Positions 8,233 through 18,263 of a stretch of 32,000 bases of DNA are shown one piece after another. The position numbers were made by a program, and so were the translations under genes. Each line of letters opens with the position of its first letter. Position 1 is the first letter of the stretch. The stretch spans positions 1,290,001-1,322,000 of the forward strand of contig CP006868.1 of NCBI GenBank assembly GCA_025340205.1, written 5' to 3'. Source of the DNA: Ignicoccus pacificus DSM 13166. GTDB taxonomy: Archaea; Thermoproteota; Thermoprotei_A; Sulfolobales; Ignicoccaceae. Under the pieces are notes generated by a model that saw nothing but the letters and a program-made list of their open reading frames with translations, was not told the DNA's origin and made no database searches.

Positions 8233-8631
8233 TCAGTTTTCTAAGTCTTTCTCAATTGCTTTAACTAACTCCTTCACTCTCTTTAATGCATCCTTTACAT
8301 GTTCCTCTTTGCACCATCCTTCGTAAAAGCAGACGTGCATTGAAGAAGCGCTCATCCAAGCATCATGAACCCACTCGCCCCATCTTTTCCTCAGCTCCAA
8401 TTCGTACTCCCACAACTGTCCATGTGAAGCTAACCTCTTCCCTTCCTTTACCAATGCGTGTGCTTTGATGGCTAAAGCAGCTGCTCCCCAGACCTTTTCA
8501 GCGGCTTGTCTGTAATCGCCTTTCCGAAGCTCCTCCTCAGCTTGTTTAAGGAATTGCTTTGCTTGTTCTAAGTAACTCAATTGCTTCAAGCTCAAAAGAG
8601 GTTCCCAGTATGACCCGCGGTAAAGGTTCAT
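8233..8631 (-). CDS. PaREP1-family protein (HEPN-like helical protein of unknown function)
   Basis: The translation matches the PaREP1 pattern as I recall it: LRKGDYRQAAEKVWGAAALAIKAHA, ...LASHGQLWEY..., ...SASSMHVCFYEGW. Confidence 0.75.
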   Translation of the reverse strand: MNLYRGSYWEPLLSLKQLSYLEQAKQFLKQAEEELRKGDYRQAAEKVWGAAALAIKAHALVKEGKRLASHGQLWEYELELRKRWGEWVHDAWMSASSMHVCFYEGWCKEEHVKDALKRVKELVKAIEKDLEN

Positions 8632-8678
8632 GAGCGTTTATCTCTAGCTTTTCTCATTAAAGGTCTGGGATTCAAAGA

Positions 8679-11423
8679 GTGAGGGTCCTAGCTCTCCTGT
8701 TGCTTCTAGCGATTACAAGCAAGGTCATAGCAATTTCCTTAACGCAACTATGGACGTTCAAAACTAACGGTGTAGTTGAAGCGCTAGCCTTCTCCGATGA
8801 CGGTCGTTTAGGAGCTGCCTCTTGGAATGGTTGTGCCGACATCTTGGATCAAAATGGAAATTTGGTGAGCGGATATTGTAGAGATTATGGCATGAACGAC
8901 GTCTCCTTCTGCTGCAACAAATTCGGCTTTGTTAAATTCTATCATTGGGATCTTGATGGAAACGTTTACATCTACGACCTCTCAACTGGAACTTGGAAGA
9001 AGGTGTACGTTGGAGATCCTTATGATTCAGCAATCACAATGCTCAAGGACGGCTTTCTGGCTGGTGGCGACAATCTCGCCTACTTCGACTTTCAAGGGAA
9101 CAAGAGGTGGGACGTGAGTATGAAGTACATTACAAACGGTCCAGCTGTTTACAACGGGTACGTTTACGTTCCAAGGTGGGATTGGCCTTCTGAAGGTAAA
9201 GGCGCTCTTACTATCCTCAAGCTCTCAGATGGAAGCGAGGTAAGGACCATAAAATTCAATGAAAGGGTTTTTGATACTCAAGTCTGTGGAAATTACTTAG
9301 CTCTTGGAACAGCTCATCACGTTTACCTTTATGACATTAGCAACCCAGCGAATCCAAGGCTTCTGTGGTACAGCAATTATTTAGCAAGTAGCTGTAGCGG
9401 AGGAGATTGTTGGGGGGCCTACAACGTCGCCTTCAGTCCGGATTGTAGGTACTTAGTGAGCACTGATAATGATGATTGGAAAATATACTTATTCGATACG
9501 CAAACTGGAAGGCTAGTGCTGGAGAGGAAGTTTAAGAATGATGTTAATGCTGTTGCTTGGTGGAGGGATAGAATAGCTGTTGGATTAGCTGGAGGTGGAT
9601 TAAGAAATGGTAAGATTTACATGTTCAAGGTTGAGGGATACGAGCCATATTTCGGCCTATCGCGAGATCAATGGAATTCCTTAACAGCTCAACAAAAAGA
9701 AGCTATAAGCAAGTGCTATTCGATTATCCACAACTCAAAGCTCTGTTATTCCTTCGTTAAAGCATTGGGAGGAAGAGTCAGTGTATCAAATTCTTTAAGC
9801 ACACAAGAGCTGTCTAAAACCTTAATGTGCTATGCTATCTTCAAAGACGCTATAGGATGTTTGAACTCAAAGTTGATCGTTAAACCTACCCTCTCACTCA
9901 CAATGCTCCCCAATCAACCTCTAACCCAACCGTTCACCCAAACGATCTTCCTCTCTTACCCAAGTAGCTCCACCGCGTTAACTACTGTAACGGTAACACA
10001 AAGCCAACCAGTAACCATAACCTTAAGCAGAATAACCTACGTCACAACGATTGAAATTCCGACTACAATTACCACGCTCGAAATCAATTACGGTCCTTCA
10101 AAGTTCCCAGCCCTCTCCAATGCTACCATCACCGTTACCGTTTCCAACCCAGCCGACTTACCAGCTGAGATAACGTTAGGAAGCTCGACGATAACGGTAG
10201 CTCCCCACTCTTCAGCACGAACTTCGACCATCACCTACCTCACCTCCACCGGAGTGATAAGGAAGACCCTAACCCTCCAGGCTTACGGAATTACCTATAC
10301 AAAGGGAATAACGGTAACTGCTACGGAGCCGAGAGTCAAAGCCTTCCCGATGCCACTTCTAAAGAGCGCCACGATCACCTATCCCTTAACACTGGTGAAT
10401 GAGGATAACATAATAGCCACCCTCTCAGCTCTTCCCAACCCGTTAGGGATATCTTCCATTCCATTAACCTCCAAAACGGTAACCCTAACGGCGACCTACT
10501 CCTTGTCATCAACTGTTCTAAACCTCAAAGCGTTCAAGTACGGAATTACTTTGACTATCCCAGTAACGTTTACCTCCACCTCTCTCCCAGTGACGATAAA
10601 GCTGCTCAACTCCAAGGTTAAACCTTTAATTCCCCAAACGTTGACGTTCTTGGTCATAGCCAAAGAGCCGGTTACCTTCTTAGGAAGAAGTGTTGAGGGA
10701 AGCTCCACGTTAACGACAGTAGTAACTCCCGAGTCAGAAGAGTTCAGGGAGACGTTAACGCTTACTTGGGCTAAAGTGCCATTAACTTTCACCTTGAGCT
10801 TAATAAAGCCCTATACCATATTGAAGAAAGAGCTAGTCGGAGCTATAGGTGTTCCGACCCTCCTGATCCCGCTGAAAGCGGATAGGGAGTTAACCGTGAG
10901 CGTTCCTGGAGGAACCCAAACGGTAGCTCAAGGACTGCAATTGGTGACCTTATCAATCGCTAACCTCAGGCCCGGAATCAAGGAATTCCCAATGAAAGTT
11001 TGTTTATCGAACTACTGTTTTTACGAAACCGTGAGAGTAACTCTGACTATACCAAAGGTAATAGTTAGAGTTCCACAGACTGTAACGGTTAACGTGAATC
11101 AATCCAAGGAAGTTTACATTACGATCATGAATCCCAACACGTTCCCGTTAATAGTTACTCCTAAGGCCGACGGAGTGTTCCTCAGAGTAGCAGAGGTTCC
11201 GGTAAGCCTTCCGCCTAAAGGAGTTGTGACAGTAAAGGCAACAGCCACAATGAACGTTTACGGAATAGCTAACGCAACGATCACCATACTGATAAACGGT
11301 ATTAAAGTAGTTACAAATGTGATTAGAGTAATAGCGGCTTTGAACTTCCTACCGACGAGCACCAAGGAAGTGATTCCTTTAGTGTTGCTAGCATTTGCTA
11401 TAGCGATAAGAAAATTTACCTAA
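8679..11423 (+). CDS. Large surface protein A: signal peptide, Cys-rich beta-propeller-like module, small Cys-containing helical linker, Thr/Val-rich Ig-like repeat stalk, C-terminal TM anchor
   Basis: The 914-aa ORF starts MRVLALLLLLAITSKVIA. The propeller-like module spans 8739-9655. The repetitive beta-rich T/S/V/L/P region begins around 9880. The C-terminus is VIPLVLLAFAIAIRKFT. Confidence 0.8.
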   Translation: MRVLALLLLLAITSKVIAISLTQLWTFKTNGVVEALAFSDDGRLGAASWNGCADILDQNGNLVSGYCRDYGMNDVSFCCNKFGFVKFYHWDLDGNVYIYDLSTGTWKKVYVGDPYDSAITMLKDGFLAGGDNLAYFDFQGNKRWDVSMKYITNGPAVYNGYVYVPRWDWPSEGKGALTILKLSDGSEVRTIKFNERVFDTQVCGNYLALGTAHHVYLYDISNPANPRLLWYSNYLASSCSGGDCWGAYNVAFSPDCRYLVSTDNDDWKIYLFDTQTGRLVLERKFKNDVNAVAWWRDRIAVGLAGGGLRNGKIYMFKVEGYEPYFGLSRDQWNSLTAQQKEAISKCYSIIHNSKLCYSFVKALGGRVSVSNSLSTQELSKTLMCYAIFKDAIGCLNSKLIVKPTLSLTMLPNQPLTQPFTQTIFLSYPSSSTALTTVTVTQSQPVTITLSRITYVTTIEIPTTITTLEINYGPSKFPALSNATITVTVSNPADLPAEITLGSSTITVAPHSSARTSTITYLTSTGVIRKTLTLQAYGITYTKGITVTATEPRVKAFPMPLLKSATITYPLTLVNEDNIIATLSALPNPLGISSIPLTSKTVTLTATYSLSSTVLNLKAFKYGITLTIPVTFTSTSLPVTIKLLNSKVKPLIPQTLTFLVIAKEPVTFLGRSVEGSSTLTTVVTPESEEFRETLTLTWAKVPLTFTLSLIKPYTILKKELVGAIGVPTLLIPLKADRELTVSVPGGTQTVAQGLQLVTLSIANLRPGIKEFPMKVCLSNYCFYETVRVTLTIPKVIVRVPQTVTVNVNQSKEVYITIMNPNTFPLIVTPKADGVFLRVAEVPVSLPPKGVVTVKATATMNVYGIANATITILINGIKVVTNVIRVIAALNFLPTSTKEVIPLVLLAFAIAIRKFT

Positions 11424-11428
11424 TTTTT
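11424..11428 (+). terminator. Oligo-T tract directly after the stop of surface protein A
   Basis: The sequence taaTTTTTac directly follows the stop. Archaeal terminators are typically short T runs. Confidence 0.35.
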
Positions 11429-11852
11429 ACGTTAGGTATGAGTACTTTTTGTCCACAATAATGACCTAATTGTCAATAGTAGGTGGAATAACTAGTTCAA
11501 GAGATCGTGAGAGAGTCATAGATTTCGTTGGAATCATCTATCGCTGATCATCTCACACATAGGTTAGGAAGAATTTTTGTAGAGATAGCAGAGAAAGTGA
11601 GCGTTCATTGAATCTGTTACAGGAAAGGCGAACTTACCTACTTTGATAGCTATTTGATCCCTTGATATTCCTTTCCTCGCCCGCGGCTCATCTTCTTCGG
11701 TTAGCTGATCGGAAGTAGCATACCTCCACATCTCCATGGAGCGTAACTGGATATCTAGAGGGGGTAGGGAGTTAAAATGAAAACCTTCAAATGGAATTTT
11801 TCCAACGTTCCAAGCTTTTATGCAAGCAATGGGGACGAAATAGGGCGGAACT

Positions 11853-12407
11853 TTGTTCCTCCTCGAAGAACTTCAAAGGAAAGCTAATGAGGAAAGGAAA
11901 TATCCTAAAGATCAAGAGTTCTTGGAAAGGAAAGCAATTGACGTAGTTTATGAAATGATTAAAGCTAAGGAATTGCTTGAAAAAGGAGATACGAGAAACG
12001 CAGCTGGAAAAGCATTCCAAGCCTGGAAGGACTTGCTCTCATGCTTAATTTATTTGAACTTGGATGAGTTAGCAAAGAACGAAAAGGAGAGGAAGTGGCT
12101 CTTAAAGAAAGGAATAATAGTTCCAACTACAAAGATGCAACAGTTGGCCTTGGAGCTTGAGAAGAGAGGCTATAACATGTTGAGCTTTATCACCGACAAG
12201 GCACTAAAGCTCCATAACTACCAATACAACGGTCCCGACCCAGACAATTATTACGGAGGGATAGTAAGCGAGGACGTAGCTAAGGAATATGTTAAACTAA
12301 TGTTAAGCGTTACTAAGGAGTACTTGGAGAGATACATACTTCCTAACATTAAGGGGGAGACTTTGAAAATGATCAGAGAGGGCTTGAAGCTATTGGAGTC
12401 CGCCTAA
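11853..12407 (+). CDS. PaREP1-like helical protein, paralog of 22105-22635
   Basis: KGDTRNAAGKAFQAWKDLLSCLIYL and ALKLHNYQYNGPDP follow the same pattern as PaREP1 (GD..A..K.W.A, then LH..Y.G). It aligns along its whole length with the ORF at 22105-22635. Confidence 0.6.
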   Translation: MFLLEELQRKANEERKYPKDQEFLERKAIDVVYEMIKAKELLEKGDTRNAAGKAFQAWKDLLSCLIYLNLDELAKNEKERKWLLKKGIIVPTTKMQQLALELEKRGYNMLSFITDKALKLHNYQYNGPDPDNYYGGIVSEDVAKEYVKLMLSVTKEYLERYILPNIKGETLKMIREGLKLLESA

Positions 12408-12432
12408 GAGCTCAGAGCATTCAAAAACGCTC

Positions 12433-14763
12433 CTACTGTACGGCAAGCGGTATGTTCACGCTCCACACACTCCCATCGATGAACGTTAACCTTAAGGTCA
12501 CTTGTGGCATGACGTTCACATTGACATTATCACAATAGACAATCAAGCTCCACAAGTCCTTCTTTATGCCAACTATATCATATAGATCAGCTTGATACTT
12601 ATGAGTTCCATCGTACGCCACGCTAACACTCCTTCCAGCCCATCTATCAAAGGTAATTATAGCGTTCGTCTTACGGAAGTTGGTCTCTACCTTAGATCTT
12701 GAAACGTAGACGAGCTCTAGTACGCCGTTGACTACTGTGGCAAAGGGTTTATAAGGAGAATAGAAGAGTGTGTTACCGATCTTACCTACCAAGATCCCTT
12801 TCTTAAGCATGGCGAAAGAGGCAGACGAATAGACGGCAGAATTCCCCATATCGCTCGTAGTGAATAATATTATTCCAGGAGCTATGGAATCCTTATCATC
12901 CACTTCTCTCTTACTCAATCCATGGTAACCGCTCACCACTATTCCAGAGATCTTGTTGACTGAGATAGGTTTTCCGGTCTTCAAGTCCTCAACCGTTCTG
13001 GATTGAGGTACTGATGTGCCAATGACGTTGGAACCGACGCTGGCGACCAAATACGAGTAGGTACAAATGGTTCTTCTCCCGAACCTGACTTCAACGGAAT
13101 CTAGAGGGATCTTCGGAGGATTCATGAACGATAGCACAAATACTACCCCTCTATCCCAGTAAGGTCCTCCAGTAGCGTTCATCGAGGGTGCCAAGAACGT
13201 GGCCTGGATCAAAGTTAAGATGTTTGTATTTGTAACTTTAATTGATGGTAATAGTTTGCTTAAGGTAACCGTATAAAAGCGCACCCACGGTTGGAAGATG
13301 GCGCTCAGCATTTGAGATATAACCTTTATCACGTCAGTGTAAACCTTCTCCAAGGTGGTTACCAAGCTCGAAGTTATTTCATAAAAGCTCAAGGCTGGCA
13401 TGAAGCTCCCTCCTAAGTACTCAGTATACGTGAGGGTCACGGTCTTCGTTATTTTAGCTACAGTTCCAGAAATTATTGGAGGAGACACCTTCATTACTGT
13501 TAACGTCTTAACGATTATGCTAGGCTTCAAGAAGGTTACGAGGCCGTGAGGAGGACTCTCTGTGGTTATCGTTTTCACTAAGCATATTGTATTCGTAACA
13601 GCCGCTTCTGGACAAATCACGTATCTTGTCGAAGCAGCTGCGCTGTTCAGTAAGATATATTTGTCGGTCGTGAACGTTATAGTAGTAACTTTCGTCTTTG
13701 TTACCTCTATTCCAAATGCCTCTGCCTTGACGACCCTTGATAAATAAATCGTTACTGTATTATTCCTTTGGCTCAAAGTACCGAAGAGGGAGGAGCTCAT
13801 AGTAACCGGAACTTCCTTGTTTGTCAACACGCTCAGCGTACCGTTAGCCCAAGCGGTGAAAGTTCCGATTCCAGTAGTTAGTGAGATGCTTTGGCTGACA
13901 GATGCCTTAGTCACGAACGTCACCAAATTTAAACTAGCCTTCACGTTAGGAACGCTGAACTCCTTCGCACTGAGCTGTTTACCATTAACTATGACAGCTA
14001 TGTTAGAACCTAATTTAATAGTACCACTTTTTAAATGTTCGTACTTCAGTTCTTCGCCCCTAACGTCTAAAACTATTACGATACCTTTACTTGCTATTGC
14101 AAAGACTGAACAATTAGCATTGAACATAACATCACTCACGCCTTTTATATAAGTGTACCAAGCTGGAGTATGTTTACTGAACTTGAAGTAGTATAAGCTC
14201 AACTTATCGTCAGAGGGGGAGTAACTTACTAAATAGTCCGAGCAGACGTCGAAGACTGTTCCATCGTACCTACCTAGCACCTTGCCGCTCTTCAAATTAA
14301 TCAAGTAAGCCTTGTTAGACGTTATCGCTAGTACCTCGTCCCCTCTTACCTTTACCTCCTTGATCCCGGGAAGATCCAGCGACCAGAGCTCCTCGGTTCC
14401 GTTGAATGCCCTTATCCAATCCTCGCCAATTACTATTATTACATTCTTAAAGGCAAATACATCCTTACCATTTATCGGGATCACGATACCTTTGGGTAAT
14501 ACTACCAATCGATCGCTATACAACAAGTACTCCTTCCCGCAACAGTAGTCCGCAGAAACCACGTTGCACTTCACGTCCTTTATATGTAACTCCTTATCCA
14601 TGAAGTATGCACAATTGCCAGCGACAGCTACTATTCCGTCGCTCTTTACCTTAACGATACCAACTTGATTTGGAAGGACCACGTTGAAGTACGCTAGCAG
14701 CACAGAAGTTAACAGCAGCGCTATGAGGGACCATCTCAAGAGCTCTTCCCTATTTGTTAGCAA
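12433..14763 (-). CDS. Large secreted/anchored protein B: N-terminal signal-anchor, divergent copy of the Cys-rich propeller-like module, Thr-rich beta region, unknown C-terminal beta-rich domain
   Basis: The 776-aa ORF lies 45 nt downstream of ORF C on the same strand. The likely start is the TTG at 14739 (MRWSLIALLLTSVLLAYF). Module motifs present are GNCAYFMD, SADYCCGKEYL, VCSDYLVS and FNANCSVFAIAS. Confidence 0.75.
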   Translation of the reverse strand: MLTNREELLRWSLIALLLTSVLLAYFNVVLPNQVGIVKVKSDGIVAVAGNCAYFMDKELHIKDVKCNVVSADYCCGKEYLLYSDRLVVLPKGIVIPINGKDVFAFKNVIIVIGEDWIRAFNGTEELWSLDLPGIKEVKVRGDEVLAITSNKAYLINLKSGKVLGRYDGTVFDVCSDYLVSYSPSDDKLSLYYFKFSKHTPAWYTYIKGVSDVMFNANCSVFAIASKGIVIVLDVRGEELKYEHLKSGTIKLGSNIAVIVNGKQLSAKEFSVPNVKASLNLVTFVTKASVSQSISLTTGIGTFTAWANGTLSVLTNKEVPVTMSSSLFGTLSQRNNTVTIYLSRVVKAEAFGIEVTKTKVTTITFTTDKYILLNSAAASTRYVICPEAAVTNTICLVKTITTESPPHGLVTFLKPSIIVKTLTVMKVSPPIISGTVAKITKTVTLTYTEYLGGSFMPALSFYEITSSLVTTLEKVYTDVIKVISQMLSAIFQPWVRFYTVTLSKLLPSIKVTNTNILTLIQATFLAPSMNATGGPYWDRGVVFVLSFMNPPKIPLDSVEVRFGRRTICTYSYLVASVGSNVIGTSVPQSRTVEDLKTGKPISVNKISGIVVSGYHGLSKREVDDKDSIAPGIILFTTSDMGNSAVYSSASFAMLKKGILVGKIGNTLFYSPYKPFATVVNGVLELVYVSRSKVETNFRKTNAIITFDRWAGRSVSVAYDGTHKYQADLYDIVGIKKDLWSLIVYCDNVNVNVMPQVTLRLTFIDGSVWSVNIPLAVQ

Positions 14764-14808
14764 GTGAGATAAAATCAGAAAAACCTTTCCACCTAAAGGA
14801 TCAAGATC

Positions 14809-17800
14809 TTAGAGTCTCTCCATCATCCTAGCTATAGCGTAAGCCAACATGATCAATCCCGCTATTCCCTCGAAGCCGCTGCCTCCCGGTGGAACCGCTA
14901 TTATCTTCATCAATACGGTTGTCAACGTTCCTAAGCTGTTTGTTATGAGTACGGTTGCGGTGACGTAGCCGTAGTACTTCAGAGTGCCTGTGACCGGTAT
15001 CGCTACCTTAGCGAGAGGCTCTATGGTGATTACGCTCGTCGGGAAGCTTAAGCGCTTATCGCCTATTAAAGTAACTACCATCCTTACGGGGAACGGGTTT
15101 GAAAGCACTAGCAATGTCGTGTTACTCCCTATACCCCTTATGGTCAAAGTAGGAGTCCTTACAACTATAGGCCTTGGTATGCCTACGTAATAGCAAGTGC
15201 CCGTTAGGGAGGTACAACCGCTCGAGAAGCACGCGCTGAAGTACAAGTCGTTGCATCCAATCGTCGATGGAATGAACACCAGTGAAGTAGTTAGCGTGGC
15301 AGAAGGACTCAGAGATACCTCGTACCAGTCGTTGTAAGCCCCGCTCACGGACAAGGTGAAGTAGTACGAGGTGTTTGCTAGATTACTTACGGTAATCGGT
15401 ATCGTCAGAGGCACTCCTATACGTCCTTCCGCATATTCGGGAACTATCGTTAGGGGCTCTAAGGGGCTCACGTAGCTTTGTGTGGTGAACAAAGTGTACG
15501 TTGAGCTAACAACGACTAGCGTGACATAAGTGGGTCTTGTGAAGGTCCTCTCGAACGTCACAGTGGTCCTATTTGAAAGCAAGGTTATCTCTCTAGAGGA
15601 TCCGTCCAGTAAGAGCAGTATTGTAGCTGGGGACCTCGCCGACTTGGATAGTACAACGTATAAGCTAGCTGGCAAGTAGCTGTAGACGTCGTTAGCGTAG
15701 AACCTTTCGACTGAGATAGGGACCTTTGGAACCACCATTATCACTCCTAAGAGCCTTTGTGTTCCAACGCCCAACTCGAAGGTGTTGACGGTAGCGCTCG
15801 TTCCGGCCTTGCCGACGAGCGTTATGACGTTTGTGCCCGGAACCAAGAGCGCCCTCCCGACGGCGTTGGAGTTCACGTAGCCGGTAGCGAGGTATGTCCA
15901 GCTGTCCTTGTTTATAGCTGTGAACGTCACCTTGTAGCCCTTGCCTATCGGAACAGTAACGGTCGTGATTCTAGGTATAAGAGACACGTCAGGAGTTATC
16001 GAGAAGATTGATAGCTGCGTCCTCCAGTTGCCTATCGCAAGCGTTACTGGGGTCGTGATAACGGGTAAGAGTATAGTAGTCGTTCCGTAGAGCGTCGTGC
16101 TTACTAACTCAGTAGTTCCCTCGAGGACGTTCAAGGGTACGATCACGTCCTTCAGAGCGTTAATTACCTTCACTGGAACTACTATAACTGACCCCTCAAG
16201 ATACGGAAGCGTTGAGGGGGACACAGAATAGGGCATAATAAAGTAGTAGTTTAACGTGGCGGTAGCTAAGACCTTTCCTAAGTACGTGACTGACACGTAA
16301 GCAGTCCCGTTGAACTCGGTTAGCGGAGTGATGGTCACTGGGTACAGAGTAATCGCTTTAGGGGGAATTGGTAAGGTTTCAGAACCTAAGGTTACGGTTA
16401 AGGTGTTCGAATACGGGTTCAGCAGCTCTACAGCTATCTCTGAGCTGATTCCTAGTGGAACGGTAATCGTCTGTGGAACTATCTTTATGCCGATAAATGG
16501 CGTAATAACTAACGCCTTAATCTTGTGCTCGGCTATCTTTTTACCATTCAAATAAACGCTTATCGGTATCGAGCTTACGTCCCAACCATTCAACAACACG
16601 TTTATCGTGGTTGTGGTGTATCTAGGAGGAACGGTGATGTAAATCGTTTGAGACTTCATCAATAGGGTAGCTGTGTAGGGCTCGGTGAAGTTGTTAAGCA
16701 GCGTTACGGTCGCCTTCGTCGGAAGGCCCGGAACGTAAGCGACTTTTCCTTCAATGCTAATGGGGACGTAGAACCAGTACCTTACCGGTATTACAGCGAG
16801 GGTAACGTTTCCGGACCTTAGTGTTAAGGTAAACGTCTTGGCGCTGAGCGATGGAGAAATATACAACATTAGATGATTGGTCCTCGGGACTAGTATCATC
16901 TTACCCAAGGTGAAGTTGTTAACCATTCCAGTAGCAACGAAGCTTATTGGTAGCGTATTGGTTACGGTTACAGTATGGGTGGCCGTCAGAGGGTAAGCCC
17001 AGCTACCCCTTTCGGTAATAGTAACCGGTTTAAGAGTTTCGGGTACGACGCTAATTGTAGTTATGGTGCTAGTGTTATCGTATAGTAATTGAAGAGGTAT
17101 GTTGGTTAAGTTCCTAGCTACCATCACTAATGGAATAACCGTCGTGTGGGTGGGAAGCGTTACCTTAGCGGAGAGAGGGGCAACGCTTACATTTATTGGA
17201 ACCAAAGTAAGGGTTACCACCTTGCCTAAGTTGTTAGCAACAGTAAGGTTAGCTATCTCTGTTGCGCGTGGAACAATTGTTATAACCTTGCTAACTTCGA
17301 TAGGTTTTATGACCCTTATCGTATATGGATAAGAGGTTAGGGTCTTGTTATTTACCAACAGGTAGACGGTGTGCGTGACGGTTCCTATCCTACTCAGCGT
17401 GATGACGTTGCTTAGTGTGGTATTTCTACTTAGAGTTAAGGTGGTGGACCTTAATCCCTTCACCGTTAAGGTCACTGGCACAGTTTCCAAGTTAATTATC
17501 ATAGTTTTTATAGTCTTTGTGCTGTTTATTATTCCTTTAATTGAAGTGGGCGTGACTATGAGTACTGCGTTAGGTAACACCTTCCTGAGGGTTACCGTTC
17601 TTTCAGCTAACGTGAAGGCATCGGAAAGGACTTTCATCGTTAACGAGCTTAGCGGATACGTTAAGGTGAACGTGGAGATAGATGAGATGGTATTGGTTAT
17701 TCCGTCAACAATCAACGTTAGAGGGCTTGTGGGAGCGGGTGTGAGGGTGACAGTGTAAGTGTTAGCCATTCCGTACTTGAAGGTCGTCGGTGATACGGCT

Positions 17801-18120
17801 ATTGAGTAGGGGTACGTGTAGACTACCGTTATCTTTTTGGTTAAGTTTAAACCTATTTCGTTAGTAAACGTGAGAGTTTCGTAGGCAGTAGTTGTAGATT
17901 GATAGGGATTCAAGGTATATGTTATTGTAGTAGTGTTTAAAAGCACCATCATCGATATCGGGATACCTCCTCTCATTACTGTTAAGGGTATAGGAGTTTT
18001 CTCTTCATTGGATAAGGTCAGTGGCAAGGTAGTGGTGCCTACTCCCATTGTGGTGATGGTTGGCGATACTTTTAGTGCCATCGCCAAGGGAAGTAGGATC
18101 AGGAGCAGCGTCCATCTCAC
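14809..18120 (-). CDS. Giant Thr/Val-rich all-beta surface glycoprotein candidate C with signal peptide and C-terminal TM anchor (S-layer/sheath-like)
   Basis: The 1103-aa ORF starts MRWTLLLILLPLAMALKV. Low-complexity-like Ig/CARDB-style segments recur (e.g. LTIPITVSNLANTSYYFTLSVSG). More than a dozen N-x-S/T sequons are visible. The C-terminus is GIAGLIMLAYAIARMMERL. Confidence 0.75.
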   Translation of the reverse strand: MRWTLLLILLPLAMALKVSPTITTMGVGTTTLPLTLSNEEKTPIPLTVMRGGIPISMMVLLNTTTITYTLNPYQSTTTAYETLTFTNEIGLNLTKKITVVYTYPYSIAVSPTTFKYGMANTYTVTLTPAPTSPLTLIVDGITNTISSISTFTLTYPLSSLTMKVLSDAFTLAERTVTLRKVLPNAVLIVTPTSIKGIINSTKTIKTMIINLETVPVTLTVKGLRSTTLTLSRNTTLSNVITLSRIGTVTHTVYLLVNNKTLTSYPYTIRVIKPIEVSKVITIVPRATEIANLTVANNLGKVVTLTLVPINVSVAPLSAKVTLPTHTTVIPLVMVARNLTNIPLQLLYDNTSTITTISVVPETLKPVTITERGSWAYPLTATHTVTVTNTLPISFVATGMVNNFTLGKMILVPRTNHLMLYISPSLSAKTFTLTLRSGNVTLAVIPVRYWFYVPISIEGKVAYVPGLPTKATVTLLNNFTEPYTATLLMKSQTIYITVPPRYTTTTINVLLNGWDVSSIPISVYLNGKKIAEHKIKALVITPFIGIKIVPQTITVPLGISSEIAVELLNPYSNTLTVTLGSETLPIPPKAITLYPVTITPLTEFNGTAYVSVTYLGKVLATATLNYYFIMPYSVSPSTLPYLEGSVIVVPVKVINALKDVIVPLNVLEGTTELVSTTLYGTTTILLPVITTPVTLAIGNWRTQLSIFSITPDVSLIPRITTVTVPIGKGYKVTFTAINKDSWTYLATGYVNSNAVGRALLVPGTNVITLVGKAGTSATVNTFELGVGTQRLLGVIMVVPKVPISVERFYANDVYSYLPASLYVVLSKSARSPATILLLLDGSSREITLLSNRTTVTFERTFTRPTYVTLVVVSSTYTLFTTQSYVSPLEPLTIVPEYAEGRIGVPLTIPITVSNLANTSYYFTLSVSGAYNDWYEVSLSPSATLTTSLVFIPSTIGCNDLYFSACFSSGCTSLTGTCYYVGIPRPIVVRTPTLTIRGIGSNTTLLVLSNPFPVRMVVTLIGDKRLSFPTSVITIEPLAKVAIPVTGTLKYYGYVTATVLITNSLGTLTTVLMKIIAVPPGGSGFEGIAGLIMLAYAIARMMERL

Positions 18121-18263
18121 TTCGACGTTCCCTTGCTATACATTTGCTCCTTTGGCCTTATCTCTTCTCTTCATCCCAATTAGGGACTGCTTACTGCCCG
18201 GATCCCTTATCACATCTCGGAGAATCTCCCTTCATAAAAACACCTTAAAGGTCCAGCTCTACA

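Noticed and set aside
11564-11737. 57-aa minus-strand ORF (MEMWRYATSDQLTEEDEPRARKGISRDQIAIKVGKFAFPV...) in the spacer between protein A and the PaREP1-like gene, and the overlapping ORF 11787-12020
   Set aside because: It falls below the ORF-track threshold, has no motif I recognise and no clear promoter. ORF 11787-12020 is antisense to the PaREP1-like gene start. Neither is supportable as a gene from sequence alone.
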